Part shown: positions 30,074 to 39,858 of the stretch, in pieces
Layout: every line of letters begins with the position of its first letter
Position numbering within the stretch: position 1 is the first letter of the stretch
Assembly: GCA_902610065.1 (NCBI GenBank)
Contig: CACLUH010000002.1
Span: 32,649 to 96,648 of the forward strand
Direction of reading: 5' to 3'
Length of the DNA stretch: 64,000 bases
From: an uncultured SAR86 cluster bacterium
GTDB taxonomy: Bacteria; Pseudomonadota; Gammaproteobacteria; Magnimaribacterales; Magnimaribacteraceae
Translations under genes and position numbers: made by a program
The notes under the pieces: model-generated
The model's input: only the letters and a program-made list of their open reading frames with translations
What the model was told of the DNA's origin: nothing
Databases searched by the model: none

Positions 30074-30984
30074 GCAATGATTCAATGGATTTATCTATAG
30101 AAGCAGAAAGAGAAGTTGCTAGAACTTTTATGGGCCGAATTGAATGGGAAATGATCCTAATAGGTCTTGGACAATTCACAATATGGGTTGTTACTTGGGT
30201 ACTTGTTGTTAACGCAATAATTCCACTTTTCTTAGGATTTTTGGTTGCTCTTTTTACAGCTTGTAATGCCTATCTTCCGTCTCATGCTGGTCAGCATGGC
30301 CATTTGTCAGGAGGAAGGAAGAATCTTCAATGGCTAGATTTTTGGGTAGGACAAATAAGTGTAATCCCATTAGCGCAGTCTCATGATGCATTGAAGGCCA
30401 CTCATTTAAAACATCATGCTCATACAAATGATCCAGATAATGATCCAGATTTTTTCCATGGTAATGCTAACACTTGGCTTGGAGCAGTTAGAAATGTAAA
30501 TGTCTCTTACAATGATGATGGTCCGGCTATGAAAACTATTGGAAAACATATGGAAGAGGATCCAAAATTTAAAGCTGCGTTAGAAAAAGGAGGAGCATGG
30601 ACTCTACTTTTTTACTTCGTTCAAATCTTTATGGCTATTCTTTATCCCCTTGAAACCTTACTCTTGTGGTGGATCCCAAAAAGAGTAGCAACGTCCTACT
30701 TGGGCGTTGTATTCTCCTACTTGCCACACTCTGGCCTGGGTAGCGGACGTTATAAAGATACCAGATTTTGGACTAATAAAATTCCCAGATTTTTGAATCA
30801 TTCCATGCAAATACACTCTATGCATCATATGTATCCTAGGATTTGTCACTATGATGAAGCTAAAGCTATCCAGGCCTTAAAGCCGTTTATGATTGAAAGG
30901 GGTATACCGGGAGCCGAGCATATTCCTGATAAGCTGAGATGGAATCCCGTAACTTATATTAAAGAGGTTTATTATGGACGCTAA
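30061..30984 (+). CDS. Membrane fatty acid desaturase / carotenoid hydroxylase-like di-iron enzyme
   Basis: Three His boxes: HAGQH, HLKHH, HSMHH. Confidence 0.85.
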   Translation: MDYVGNDSMDLSIEAEREVARTFMGRIEWEMILIGLGQFTIWVVTWVLVVNAIIPLFLGFLVALFTACNAYLPSHAGQHGHLSGGRKNLQWLDFWVGQISVIPLAQSHDALKATHLKHHAHTNDPDNDPDFFHGNANTWLGAVRNVNVSYNDDGPAMKTIGKHMEEDPKFKAALEKGGAWTLLFYFVQIFMAILYPLETLLLWWIPKRVATSYLGVVFSYLPHSGLGSGRYKDTRFWTNKIPRFLNHSMQIHSMHHMYPRICHYDEAKAIQALKPFMIERGIPGAEHIPDKLRWNPVTYIKEVYYGR

Positions 30985-31339
30985 AGAGAAAATTAAAGAA
31001 GGTGTACAGTTATATTTTGATTCTATGTATGAGTCAGATCCTGGAAAAGTGAGACAAGCCTTTCATCCAAATGCAATGATTACTGGTTATCTAGAAACAG
31101 GTCTTGCAGAAATGACTGTAGATGAATTTGCAGAATTTGTTGAGAGTCAAAATCCATCACCAAAGGAAAAAGGAGACGAAATTCTTCTCGAAATAGTCTC
31201 TTGTGATATAGCAGGCTCAACCGCATCTGTCTCAGTAAGAGATGGGTACATTGGCCATGTCTTTTTAGATACGCTTTCTTTCTTAGAAAAAGATGGTGAA
31301 TGGAAAATTTATAATAAATTGTTCCATGTAGAGTCATAA
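30974..31339 (+). CDS. NTF2-like (lumazine-binding 2 / SnoaL-like) protein
   Basis: 'VQLYFD', 'AFHPNA', 'FLDTLSFL..DGEWKIYNKLF'. Confidence 0.8.
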   Translation: MDAKEKIKEGVQLYFDSMYESDPGKVRQAFHPNAMITGYLETGLAEMTVDEFAEFVESQNPSPKEKGDEILLEIVSCDIAGSTASVSVRDGYIGHVFLDTLSFLEKDGEWKIYNKLFHVES

Positions 31340-31342
31340 ATA

Positions 31343-32215
31343 GTGAGTATGGAAGTTAAACAGATTTCAGCTGCTCTTGGTGCTGAGATAACGAACGTTG
31401 ATTTATCACAAGTATCTGATGATCAAGTGGAAGAGATTAAATCTCTTTTAACCGAGCATAAGGTAATTTTTTTTCCAGGTCAGAAGTTAAGTCAAGATGA
31501 GCATGTTGAATATGGTGCTAAGTTTGGTGAACTTGAAGGTCATCCAAACCTAAAAAATAAAACAGTAACTCACCCAAAGATCTTTGAACTTGCTGCTAGC
31601 TCCGGTGGAATAGCTGATGAGTGGCATACGGATATAACTTTTCAAGACTCCCCAGCTATTATGTCCGTACTTCACATGGTGAAGTGTCCTGAATTGGGTG
31701 GAGATACAATGTGGAGTAATTTGAACGCGGCCTACGAAGCTTTATCTGATCCAATAAAAGATTTATGTGAAGGAATAACTGCCCTTCATGATGCAAGACC
31801 TCATGGAAAACCTGAAAAAACTGCTATACATCCTGTTGTGAGGTTGCATCCCATTTCAGGAAAGAAAGTCTTATATGTAAATGAGCATTTCACTAGAAGA
31901 ATAGTAGAAATGAATATTGAAGAGAGCGATATGCTACTTTCTTACTTAACAAAGTGGGTTACTAGGCCTCAGTTCACCGTTCGTTATCAATGGACTCCGG
32001 GTACTATTGCTATGTGGGACAACAGAAGTACCCAACATTATGTTGTAAATGATTTCGTGGGTGAGAGGATTATTCAGAGAGTGACTATCATGGGAGATGA
32101 AGTTGTAGGATCATCAAATCCAAGATGGAATCCAGCTCTTAAAGAAGGATTCTCCGCGGTAACAACTCACGATAAACAACTGATAACCCACCTAAAAGAA
32201 AAAGGATCTCTCTAG
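31343..32215 (+). CDS. TauD/TfdA family Fe(II)/2-oxoglutarate dioxygenase
   Basis: 'LGAEI', 'WHTD', 'GGDT', 'HPVVRLHP', 'WDNRSTQH'. Confidence 0.92.
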   Translation: MSMEVKQISAALGAEITNVDLSQVSDDQVEEIKSLLTEHKVIFFPGQKLSQDEHVEYGAKFGELEGHPNLKNKTVTHPKIFELAASSGGIADEWHTDITFQDSPAIMSVLHMVKCPELGGDTMWSNLNAAYEALSDPIKDLCEGITALHDARPHGKPEKTAIHPVVRLHPISGKKVLYVNEHFTRRIVEMNIEESDMLLSYLTKWVTRPQFTVRYQWTPGTIAMWDNRSTQHYVVNDFVGERIIQRVTIMGDEVVGSSNPRWNPALKEGFSAVTTHDKQLITHLKEKGSL

Positions 32216-32228
32216 AAACGGGTTGGAG

Positions 32229-33275
32229 CTAATTTTTTACAAAGTTTGCAATCGATAAAGCGGTTTCGTCACTGATCTCGGGACATCCAAGAAATATATC
32301 TGTTCCATGGACTGAGCCCATCACTTGTCTGCACTGAGCATCTACATCTGCTTCACGTAGTAGACGATAAAAATTTACTCCTTCATCTCTTAGAGGATCC
32401 ATTTCATTGACTAAGATGTAAGTTTTCGGAAGACCTTTAACATCATCTTCAGTTGCAAAGCTTGGCCAAGCTAGTGGGTCTTTATTTATATAAGCATCTA
32501 CTCCATAAATAATTGCTCCATGAGAGTATTCATGTTCACTATGAAGCGAAAGTAAAATACCTTCATTTTCTTCAGACGAGGGATTTTCCGGTAAAGGCCA
32601 TTGCCCTGCAATATAAGGACATAATGCATATAGACCTTTTATCAATCCAATATCTCCATCTTGTTTAAGTTTCAAACTTGTGGCGATGGTTAAATTTCCT
32701 CCTCCACTCTCACCAGCTATGACAATTTTGCTATTATCTATGTTTAAATCTTTTGCATTAGCATGCACCCACTTAAGACCAGAAACACAGTCATTCAGTC
32801 CTGCGGGATAAGGTTCGACTTCAGGAGCAGACGAAGCCCACATAGCATTTCTAAAATCTACCATCGCTACTGCAACACCTTGCCTGGCAATACATCTCCC
32901 CCAAGCTGCATATAACTCATCAAAACACGAACTGACCATCATGCCACCACCATGGATATAGTAAACACAGGGTAATTCTTCCTCTGTATCTGGTCGAATA
33001 TACTGGATCTTGATCGTATTACCGTCTGGATCTGAAATAAATTCTTTTGTGGATGTTAATAGGCCTGTATCAGGAACAACTTCTTTGTAATGTGAAGCAT
33101 TATTGACCATTTCTAAAATGGCTCTACCTTGTTTGGCTTCTTCACTTTCTTGATCAGCCATTATTCCTTCACGAGTTGAGGCTGGGCTTGATGTAACAGA
33201 GCCGAGTTCCACTTCTCCAAAAACTGCACGTATTCGTTTATCTATTTTTAAATTATTTTTAATTTTGTTTTCCAT
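32229..33275 (-). CDS. HSL-family esterase/lipase
   Basis: 'HGGG', 'GESGGG', 'DPLRDEG', 'VHG'. Confidence 0.9.
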   Translation of the reverse strand: MENKIKNNLKIDKRIRAVFGEVELGSVTSSPASTREGIMADQESEEAKQGRAILEMVNNASHYKEVVPDTGLLTSTKEFISDPDGNTIKIQYIRPDTEEELPCVYYIHGGGMMVSSCFDELYAAWGRCIARQGVAVAMVDFRNAMWASSAPEVEPYPAGLNDCVSGLKWVHANAKDLNIDNSKIVIAGESGGGNLTIATSLKLKQDGDIGLIKGLYALCPYIAGQWPLPENPSSEENEGILLSLHSEHEYSHGAIIYGVDAYINKDPLAWPSFATEDDVKGLPKTYILVNEMDPLRDEGVNFYRLLREADVDAQCRQVMGSVHGTDIFLGCPEISDETALSIANFVKN

Positions 33276-33289
33276 TTTTTCTTCCTCTT

Positions 33290-34111
33290 TTATCTGCCTT
33301 TAAAAACTGGTTCTTTTTTTTCTACAAATGCTTTAGTGGCATTTCTATGGTCTTCAGTTTGACCGCAATGTATGTGATGAGTTGCTTCTAAATCAAGGCA
33401 ATCATCTACTTCACCATTCATAGCTCTATTCAAATTTTCTTTCATATATCGATATGCAACTGAAGGACCAGAAGCAAGTCGATTTGCGATTTCCATAGTC
33501 TTTTCCATTAACTCTTCAGGATCACAAACCCAGTTTGTTAATCCAAGATTTAGAGCTTCATCTGCGGTAATTCGATCAGACAGGTAATACAGCTCTCTTG
33601 CTTTCGCTGACCCTAAGAGTTGGGTCATGAAGTAGGAGCCTCCATAGTCTCCTGAAAAACCAACTTTAGCAAATGCAGTAGTCATGATTGCTGAACTCGA
33701 CATGACTCTTAAATCACATGCTAAAGCATAAGAGAGTCCTGCTCCTGCTGCGGCTCCTGGAAGAGCAGCAATAGTTGGTTTTGGCATTTTAAATAATTTG
33801 CCTGATGTCGCTCTTTGATGAACTCTTTGCTTATGAATAGCCGAGTCAATCGTATTATCCCCAACTGTCCCATCTCCTGAAGATGCCATTCCTTTTACAT
33901 CTCCTCCAGCGCAGAAACCTTTTCCAGCACCAGTTAGAACAACACATCTTATTTCTTTATCTAATTCGACTTCGGCCAGAACTTCTTGCATGGCTTGATT
34001 CATTTCTCCTGACATAGCGTTTCTTGCTTCGGGTCTGTTCATTGTCAGTAATGCAACGCCTTTAGCCTTTTCAAAAATGAGGTGATCAGTACCTGTATCA
34101 ATTTTTTCCAT
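33290..34111 (-). CDS. Enoyl-CoA hydratase/isomerase
   Basis: 'MNRPEARNA', 'FCAGGD', 'AAGAG', 'AFVEKKEPVFKGR'. Confidence 0.92.
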   Translation of the reverse strand: MEKIDTGTDHLIFEKAKGVALLTMNRPEARNAMSGEMNQAMQEVLAEVELDKEIRCVVLTGAGKGFCAGGDVKGMASSGDGTVGDNTIDSAIHKQRVHQRATSGKLFKMPKPTIAALPGAAAGAGLSYALACDLRVMSSSAIMTTAFAKVGFSGDYGGSYFMTQLLGSAKARELYYLSDRITADEALNLGLTNWVCDPEELMEKTMEIANRLASGPSVAYRYMKENLNRAMNGEVDDCLDLEATHHIHCGQTEDHRNATKAFVEKKEPVFKGR

Positions 34112-34155
34112 AGTTTTTCTCCCCTTAACTATATCTTTGCTATTCTATATCTAAG

Positions 34156-34986
34156 ATGCAAGGAAAAATTTATCAATTAGGCTTACTTTTTTGCACTATT
34201 TTCCTGATCTCACAAGAGAGATTGTTTGCTGAAGAGAAACCACTGCTGACTAGTCCATTAGTAGAAAATCCTAAGTCTATAGTTTTCATTGGAAATAGCT
34301 TTTTCTACTATAACAATGGGGTTCATAAGCCCACTCTTGGCATGGTTAAAGCTAATCCAGATCTTGGTAAAGGGCATCGATTTAGAAATATCACAATAAA
34401 CAGCTCTTCTTTAGAATGGCATGATGTTGAATCTTATGTGACTAATGACAAGATAGGTTCTTTCTCCATCACTTCAAAAAATCAATACAAGGAGTATCAG
34501 CCAGAAAATTACGAATTAGCAATCATGATGGATTGTAGCCAATGCCCAGTTCATCCAGATAGAAAAGATTTATTTAATTTTTATGTAGATAAGCATAGTA
34601 AAACACTACGCAACAATGATGTAGAACCTTCTCTTTTAATGACATGGGCCTATAAAGATAAGCCAGATATGCTGGAAGGACTTGCTTCAGCTTACATCGC
34701 AGCAGGGAATAAAAATAAAATAGCTGTTTTTCCTGTAGGTCTTGCATTTGACCTTTCTCAAAAAGAAAATCCTTCAATAGAACTTTATACTCCAGACAAG
34801 AGGCATCCGAGCAAGGCGGGTACATATCTGATGGCGGCCGTGATTTATTCATCGATATATAATGTTTCACCAGTAAACAATTCTTACGATTATGGAATTA
34901 GTAGTGAGATACAAAGAAAGTTACAAGAATCAGCATGGAAAACTGTTTTGAAATACAAAGGAAAAGAATATGATTTTAAAAAATAG
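34156..34986 (+). CDS. SGNH/GDSL-like hydrolase (DUF4886-like), exported
   Basis: 'FIGNSFFYYN' block I; 'DKRHPSKAGTYL' block V. Confidence 0.78.
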   Translation: MQGKIYQLGLLFCTIFLISQERLFAEEKPLLTSPLVENPKSIVFIGNSFFYYNNGVHKPTLGMVKANPDLGKGHRFRNITINSSSLEWHDVESYVTNDKIGSFSITSKNQYKEYQPENYELAIMMDCSQCPVHPDRKDLFNFYVDKHSKTLRNNDVEPSLLMTWAYKDKPDMLEGLASAYIAAGNKNKIAVFPVGLAFDLSQKENPSIELYTPDKRHPSKAGTYLMAAVIYSSIYNVSPVNNSYDYGISSEIQRKLQESAWKTVLKYKGKEYDFKK

Positions 34987-36280
34987 ATATTTTTTAGTGA
35001 TAGTAGCTCTTTTACTAGGCTCTTTCATTGGTTTCAAATTAACGGAAACATTCGCTATTAAATACATTATGGAAAATCTTCCAATTGATACTGCTACGCT
35101 TGATGAAAAAGATGTCTATGTGACTGAAATAGAAGACGGCGTATTTGCTTCTCCGAAAGAACTAACTTATATCGATAATAAAGCTAAAAATATAATTTTG
35201 CTCATTGCAGATGGCATGAGTCTTAGTCAAATAACAGCCTATCGAATGATGCAGGGTAGTCTTAATGAACGTATCTCAATGGATAAATTCCCTTACTCTG
35301 GAATTGTTTTGACACATTCCTATGATGCAGCCGTTACTGACTCAGCATCATCTGCTACGGCATACAGCACCGGTTTTAAAACAAATAATGGCGCTCTTGG
35401 TTTAGATCCGGATCTCAATGAATTAGAAAATTTAACCGAAACTATCGACAAATTCGGATTTGTCAGCTCTTTGATCAGTACATCAGAAGTTACTCATGCT
35501 ACACCAGCTGCATTTGCTGCTCACGTAGATTTAAGATGGAAGACAGATCTTATAAGTGCACAAATGATTGATTCTAAAGTAGCTACTATCCTTGGTGGGG
35601 GGCGCTTCTTCTTTACTCCAGAAGAAGAAGGCGGAAAAAGAGAAGATGGACGAAACCTATTAGATGAGATTAAAGAATCTCACGTTCTAGTTACAGAAAA
35701 AAATCAATTATCCAATGTCTCAGACTCACTTGATAAGCAAGTATTAGGCCTTTTTGCTGATGAGCATTTGAGAGATGAAGACAAAAAAGAAAATCATAAT
35801 CTTGAACCCTCATTAGCAGAAATGCTTCAGTACTCAATAACACGCTCAGACTTACTGATAAATCAAGGCTGCAAAGGTTTCTTCATCATGGCCGAGGGCT
35901 CTCAAGTAGATTGGGCAGGCCACGTAAATGATTTTGATTATCTTATAAGGGAAATGGAAGATTTTGACGAGGCAGTAGATCTAGCCTTAGAAATTGCAAA
36001 GGAAAGGGAAGATACTCTTGTTTTAGTCACCTCAGATCATGAGGTCGGTGGTTTATTAATAGAACCTGCTAATCCCATAGATAATTCACTTGATGACGTA
36101 AAGTTTTCTTTTAATACCGCTGTAGGAAGTGGAACCCATACTGGTGTTCCGGTGCCAGTATATGCTTACGGACCAGGCTCAGAAAATTTCACTGGTACAC
36201 TTGATAATACAGATATTTATTATGCTATGTTGGCTGCTTTAGACTTAGATGACAAAGAAGGAACATGTCTAAGGAGATAA
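34970..36280 (+). CDS. phoA: Alkaline phosphatase (PhoA family)
   Basis: 'IADGM', 'TDSASSATA', 'THATPA', 'EGSQVDWAGH', 'SDHE', 'HTG..VPVYAYGP'. Confidence 0.9.
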   Translation: MILKNRYFLVIVALLLGSFIGFKLTETFAIKYIMENLPIDTATLDEKDVYVTEIEDGVFASPKELTYIDNKAKNIILLIADGMSLSQITAYRMMQGSLNERISMDKFPYSGIVLTHSYDAAVTDSASSATAYSTGFKTNNGALGLDPDLNELENLTETIDKFGFVSSLISTSEVTHATPAAFAAHVDLRWKTDLISAQMIDSKVATILGGGRFFFTPEEEGGKREDGRNLLDEIKESHVLVTEKNQLSNVSDSLDKQVLGLFADEHLRDEDKKENHNLEPSLAEMLQYSITRSDLLINQGCKGFFIMAEGSQVDWAGHVNDFDYLIREMEDFDEAVDLALEIAKEREDTLVLVTSDHEVGGLLIEPANPIDNSLDDVKFSFNTAVGSGTHTGVPVPVYAYGPGSENFTGTLDNTDIYYAMLAALDLDDKEGTCLRR

Positions 36281-36284
36281 AAAT

Positions 36285-36479
36285 TTGTATTCTGTAATTT
36301 TATATTCTTTATTTCTTTTATTTTGGGTAGCCATCATCTATGACTTTGCAAAAAGACCGAAGGATCGAGATGATGATAAGTTCATGGATCTTCCTTCACT
36401 AAGACAATTAGCACGAACATTCTGGGTGGGCTGGATTGCTATTGTCTTATTATATACACTCATTGTAAGTTTGAATTAG
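36285..36479 (+). CDS. Small two-TM hypothetical protein
   Basis: 64 aa, two hydrophobic helices, fills the gap in an operon. Confidence 0.55.
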   Translation: MYSVILYSLFLLFWVAIIYDFAKRPKDRDDDKFMDLPSLRQLARTFWVGWIAIVLLYTLIVSLN

Positions 36480-36495
36480 ATAAGGGGAGATTGGA

Positions 36496-37077
36496 ATGGA
36501 ACCGCCAAAAATTATAAAAGCAGATTCATCGAATGTTAAGAAAGTCAAAAGTGCAATCACTTTAGGATTTGCCGCCGATCCGTTTTTAAGGTGGTTCTTT
36601 CCGGATCCTCACATATATCTCAAAAATTTTGCATTTTGGATGGATGCTTTTTCCAAGCCCGCACTTGAATCAGACTCTATATTCACAGACGAAAACTTTT
36701 ATGGTGGTGCCATTTGGCATCCTCCTGGTATCCATTTAGATTCTGATGTTTTGGCACCAACATTGGGAGATATACCTGATTTTAGGCTTGAAAGTGCCTT
36801 ACAAATGTTTGAAGAATTCAATGAATGTCACCCTAAAGAAGATCACTGGTATCTACCTTTTATAGGCTTAGATCCATCAAAACAAGGACAAGGCATAGGT
36901 TCATTGATTCTCAAGGAATCATTGAAACAAGCAGATGAACAGGGAAAGGTCGCATATCTAGAATCTTCCAATCCTATGAATATGAGTCTTTATGAGAGAC
37001 ATGGATTTGAAACCATGAAAAAAGTCCAAATTGGAGATTCTCCTCCTGCACATCCCATGATTAGGTATCCAAGATAG
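36496..37077 (+). CDS. GNAT N-acetyltransferase (puromycin acetyltransferase-like)
   Basis: 'HWYL..IG.DP..QGQGIG', 'AYLESS', 'LYERHGF'. Confidence 0.88.
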   Translation: MEPPKIIKADSSNVKKVKSAITLGFAADPFLRWFFPDPHIYLKNFAFWMDAFSKPALESDSIFTDENFYGGAIWHPPGIHLDSDVLAPTLGDIPDFRLESALQMFEEFNECHPKEDHWYLPFIGLDPSKQGQGIGSLILKESLKQADEQGKVAYLESSNPMNMSLYERHGFETMKKVQIGDSPPAHPMIRYPR

Positions 37078-37080
37078 ATT

Positions 37081-37950
37081 ATGAAACATTTAGAATTTCC
37101 CGATGTAGAAATACACGAACTTAAATCAGAAATAATTGGAGAAACTTTTGAAATTTTAGTCAAACAACCCGATTCTAATATTGTTTCTTTGTTTGGAGAT
37201 GAGCCATTACCGGTTATATATGGCACAGATGCAAATATATCTTCAGGAGGTTATATAAATACTATTGATAGCTTATACCTAGGCGGAGAAATTCCACCAG
37301 TTCTTTTTGTAGGTATACGCTACAAGCTTGGTGGCGAACCGGACTTTATGCAGTTCGTTACTAACAGAACTCGTGAATTCACGCCTGTTGAGGATATCGA
37401 AAATCAAAAATTAATGGAGCAAATGACTCTAAGGCAAGTCAAGGGCGGGGGTGCTGATAACTTCCTCAAGTTTTTGACAACTGAATTAAGAGATTGGGTT
37501 TCAGAGAGATTTAATGTTTCCGATGATACGACATATATTGGAGATTCTATGGGCGGGTTATTTGGTCTCTACACATTGTTTCATCAGCCAAAGGCTTTTA
37601 AGAGATATGTCATTGGTAGTCCTTGGCAAGAATGGAGTTATCCTAATACTTTCGATCTTGAAGAAAAATATGCCGAAAGTAATGAAGATATGGAAGCTAT
37701 TGTATATATGGCTTCTGGATCGGAGGAAGATGTTATTGGTCCTTATCTGGAAAAAATGAATCCAGTAATGGTTGAGATCTTCTCCAAAGCCAAAACCGCT
37801 GAATATACTGAACAAATGATAAAAAAGCTCAATGGCAGAAATTACCCAAGCCTTAAACTAAAAGGTCTAATTTTAGAAGATGAGACACACTTCACAATAA
37901 CTGGAGCTTTATTTAATAGAGGGTTAAGGCACGTCTTTAATGTTAAGTGA
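37081..37950 (+). CDS. Alpha/beta hydrolase esterase (IroE/BesA-like)
   Basis: 'LPVIYGTDA', 'RTREFTP', 'GGADNFL.FL', 'GDSMGG', 'DETH'. Confidence 0.8.
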   Translation: MKHLEFPDVEIHELKSEIIGETFEILVKQPDSNIVSLFGDEPLPVIYGTDANISSGGYINTIDSLYLGGEIPPVLFVGIRYKLGGEPDFMQFVTNRTREFTPVEDIENQKLMEQMTLRQVKGGGADNFLKFLTTELRDWVSERFNVSDDTTYIGDSMGGLFGLYTLFHQPKAFKRYVIGSPWQEWSYPNTFDLEEKYAESNEDMEAIVYMASGSEEDVIGPYLEKMNPVMVEIFSKAKTAEYTEQMIKKLNGRNYPSLKLKGLILEDETHFTITGALFNRGLRHVFNVK

Positions 37951-38978
37951 CTAATATGAAAAATTTAAGAAACCGTAAATGGACCTTAGCAAACAGACCA
38001 GTCGGGATGGTTGGGGAACATAATTTTTCCTATGAAGAGGAAGAAGTAAGAGATATTGAAGATGGAGAATTTCTTATTAAGAACTTATATCTAAGTTTTG
38101 ATCCTGCTCAAAGAGGTTGGATGGAAGATAGAAAAAGCTATGTTCCACCCGTTGGAATTGGAGAGGTAATGAGAGCTGGTTCTGTTGGCCAAGTCATTGA
38201 ATCGAATAATCCTGATTATGCCGTTGGTGATAAAGTTCAAGGCACCTTTGGATGGCAAGAGTATGCCATTTCAGATGGAAAGAGTATTTTAAACGCTACT
38301 GTCATTCCAGAAGGAGCATCTCTTACCGCACCTCTGAGTGTCTTCGGCATTACAGGGCTGACAGCTTATTTTGGTTTATTAGACGTGGGACAACCTAAAG
38401 AAGGGGAAACGGTTCTTGTATCTGGAGCAGCGGGCTCTACAGGATCAATCGTTGCACAGATTGCTAAAATTAAAGGCTGTCGTGTCATAGGTGTTGCTGG
38501 CGGAGTTGAGAAATGTAAATGGTTAACTGAGGAAGTAAAAATCGATGCAGCAATAGATTACAAAACTGCAAATTTACAGGAAGTTATTCCTGAATTATGT
38601 CCAGAAGGCATAGATGTTATTTTTGATAATGTGGGAGGTGAGTTTTTAAACACATCACTTTTGAGTATTAATCAAAATGCAAGAGTGGCAATTTGTGGAG
38701 CCATCTCAGGCTACAATAATGAGGCACCAGCTCCTGGACCATCAAACTATACCGCTCTCTTAATTCAAAGAGCCAAGATGGAAGGATTTATTGTGCTGGA
38801 TTATATGGATAGATTTCCTGAAGCAATTGGAGAATTAATGCAATGGGTTCAGGAAGGAAAAATAATATATCAAGAAGATATCCAGGAGGGCATTGAGAAT
38901 GCACCTGAAACTTTATTGAGGCTCTACACGGGTCAAAATAAAGGCAAGCAACTTCTTAAAATAGCTGATCCCGAATAA
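37947..38978 (+). CDS. NADPH-dependent alkenal/enone reductase (CurA/YncB, PTGR family)
   Basis: 'SFDPAQRGWM', 'GLTAYFGL', 'VSGAAG', 'FDNVGG', 'CGAIS.YN', 'NKGKQL'. Confidence 0.9.
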   Translation: MTNMKNLRNRKWTLANRPVGMVGEHNFSYEEEEVRDIEDGEFLIKNLYLSFDPAQRGWMEDRKSYVPPVGIGEVMRAGSVGQVIESNNPDYAVGDKVQGTFGWQEYAISDGKSILNATVIPEGASLTAPLSVFGITGLTAYFGLLDVGQPKEGETVLVSGAAGSTGSIVAQIAKIKGCRVIGVAGGVEKCKWLTEEVKIDAAIDYKTANLQEVIPELCPEGIDVIFDNVGGEFLNTSLLSINQNARVAICGAISGYNNEAPAPGPSNYTALLIQRAKMEGFIVLDYMDRFPEAIGELMQWVQEGKIIYQEDIQEGIENAPETLLRLYTGQNKGKQLLKIADPE

Positions 38979-38980
38979 AT

Positions 38981-39220
38981 TTAAAGATCTTTGTGAGTTC
39001 CGTCACAAAATGCACCGTTTTTACTCATCTTGCATCCACAGAAGAAAACATCTTTCTCTTCATCAGGTTTTACTTTCAATGGTAAGAATTCAGTTCCCTC
39101 ATGAGAGCCATCGCAAAAAGGTTGTTTAGAACTTTTTCCACAGCTACACCACCGATAACTTTTTTCAGACTCAACGGTAACTTTATAAGGAAACTTTTGA
39201 ACTACTTTTGGATTATTCAT
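38981..39220 (-). CDS. CDGSH iron-sulfur domain protein (two CDGSH motifs)
   Basis: 'WCSCGKS..QPFCDGSH' and 'FCGCKMS...FCDGTH'. Confidence 0.93.
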   Translation of the reverse strand: MNNPKVVQKFPYKVTVESEKSYRWCSCGKSSKQPFCDGSHEGTEFLPLKVKPDEEKDVFFCGCKMSKNGAFCDGTHKDL

Positions 39221-39253
39221 AAAAAAAAAGTAACATAAATTATAGATAAAATT

Positions 39254-39273
39254 ACTAATGAGATTTATTCTCA
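39254..39273. promoter_or_regulatory. Fur-like box between the CDGSH gene and def
   Basis: TGAGATT-T-ATTCTCA (39259-39273) matches 11/14 of the 7-1-7 TGATAAT-N-ATTATCA. Confidence 0.5.
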
Positions 39274-39295
39274 GATACTCTATAAAGTAGATTTT

Positions 39296-39844
39296 ATGAG
39301 CGTAAAAGAAATATTAAAAATGGGTAACCCTCTTTTAAGAAAAGAGGCTGATGATTTCACTATTGAAGAAATCAAAAGTCCCGAAACTAAATTATTACTT
39401 GAAGATATGTGGGATTCTTTAGAAGTCGCTGGTGGGATTGGATTAGCAGCTCCTCAAATAGGTGTCCTAAAAAAGCTTGCTGTAATAAAGCTATCTGAAG
39501 AATCAGATAGATATCCAAATATGGAGGACAGTGAACCTTATATAATCTTCAATCCAAAAGTTTCCGTACTAGATCAGACAGAGCAAGGCTTCTGGGAAGG
39601 TTGCCTAAGTGTTCCAGGGCTAAGAGGTTTTGTCGAAAGACCAAGAGGCATAAGAGTAGATTATTTAGATGAAAATGCGGAATCAAGATCTATTGAGGCT
39701 GAAGATTTTCTAGCTACAGTTTTTCAACACGAATTGGATCATCTAGTTGGAAAACTTTATGTAGATAGAATGAAAGACATAAAGACGTTAATGTTTGAGG
39801 ATGAAATGATTTTTGAAGAAATAGAAGAAGAAGTATTAGATTAA
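39296..39844 (+). CDS. def: Peptide deformylase
   Basis: 'GIGLAAPQIG', 'EGCLS', 'QHELDHL'. Confidence 0.95.
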   Translation: MSVKEILKMGNPLLRKEADDFTIEEIKSPETKLLLEDMWDSLEVAGGIGLAAPQIGVLKKLAVIKLSEESDRYPNMEDSEPYIIFNPKVSVLDQTEQGFWEGCLSVPGLRGFVERPRGIRVDYLDENAESRSIEAEDFLATVFQHELDHLVGKLYVDRMKDIKTLMFEDEMIFEEIEEEVLD

Positions 39845-39858
39845 TTTGAGGATATATT

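Noticed and set aside
37081-37950. Esterase as a siderophore-degrading component of the heme locus
   Set aside because: It lies 16 kb away in a catabolic operon with no Fur box seen upstream; the family is broad
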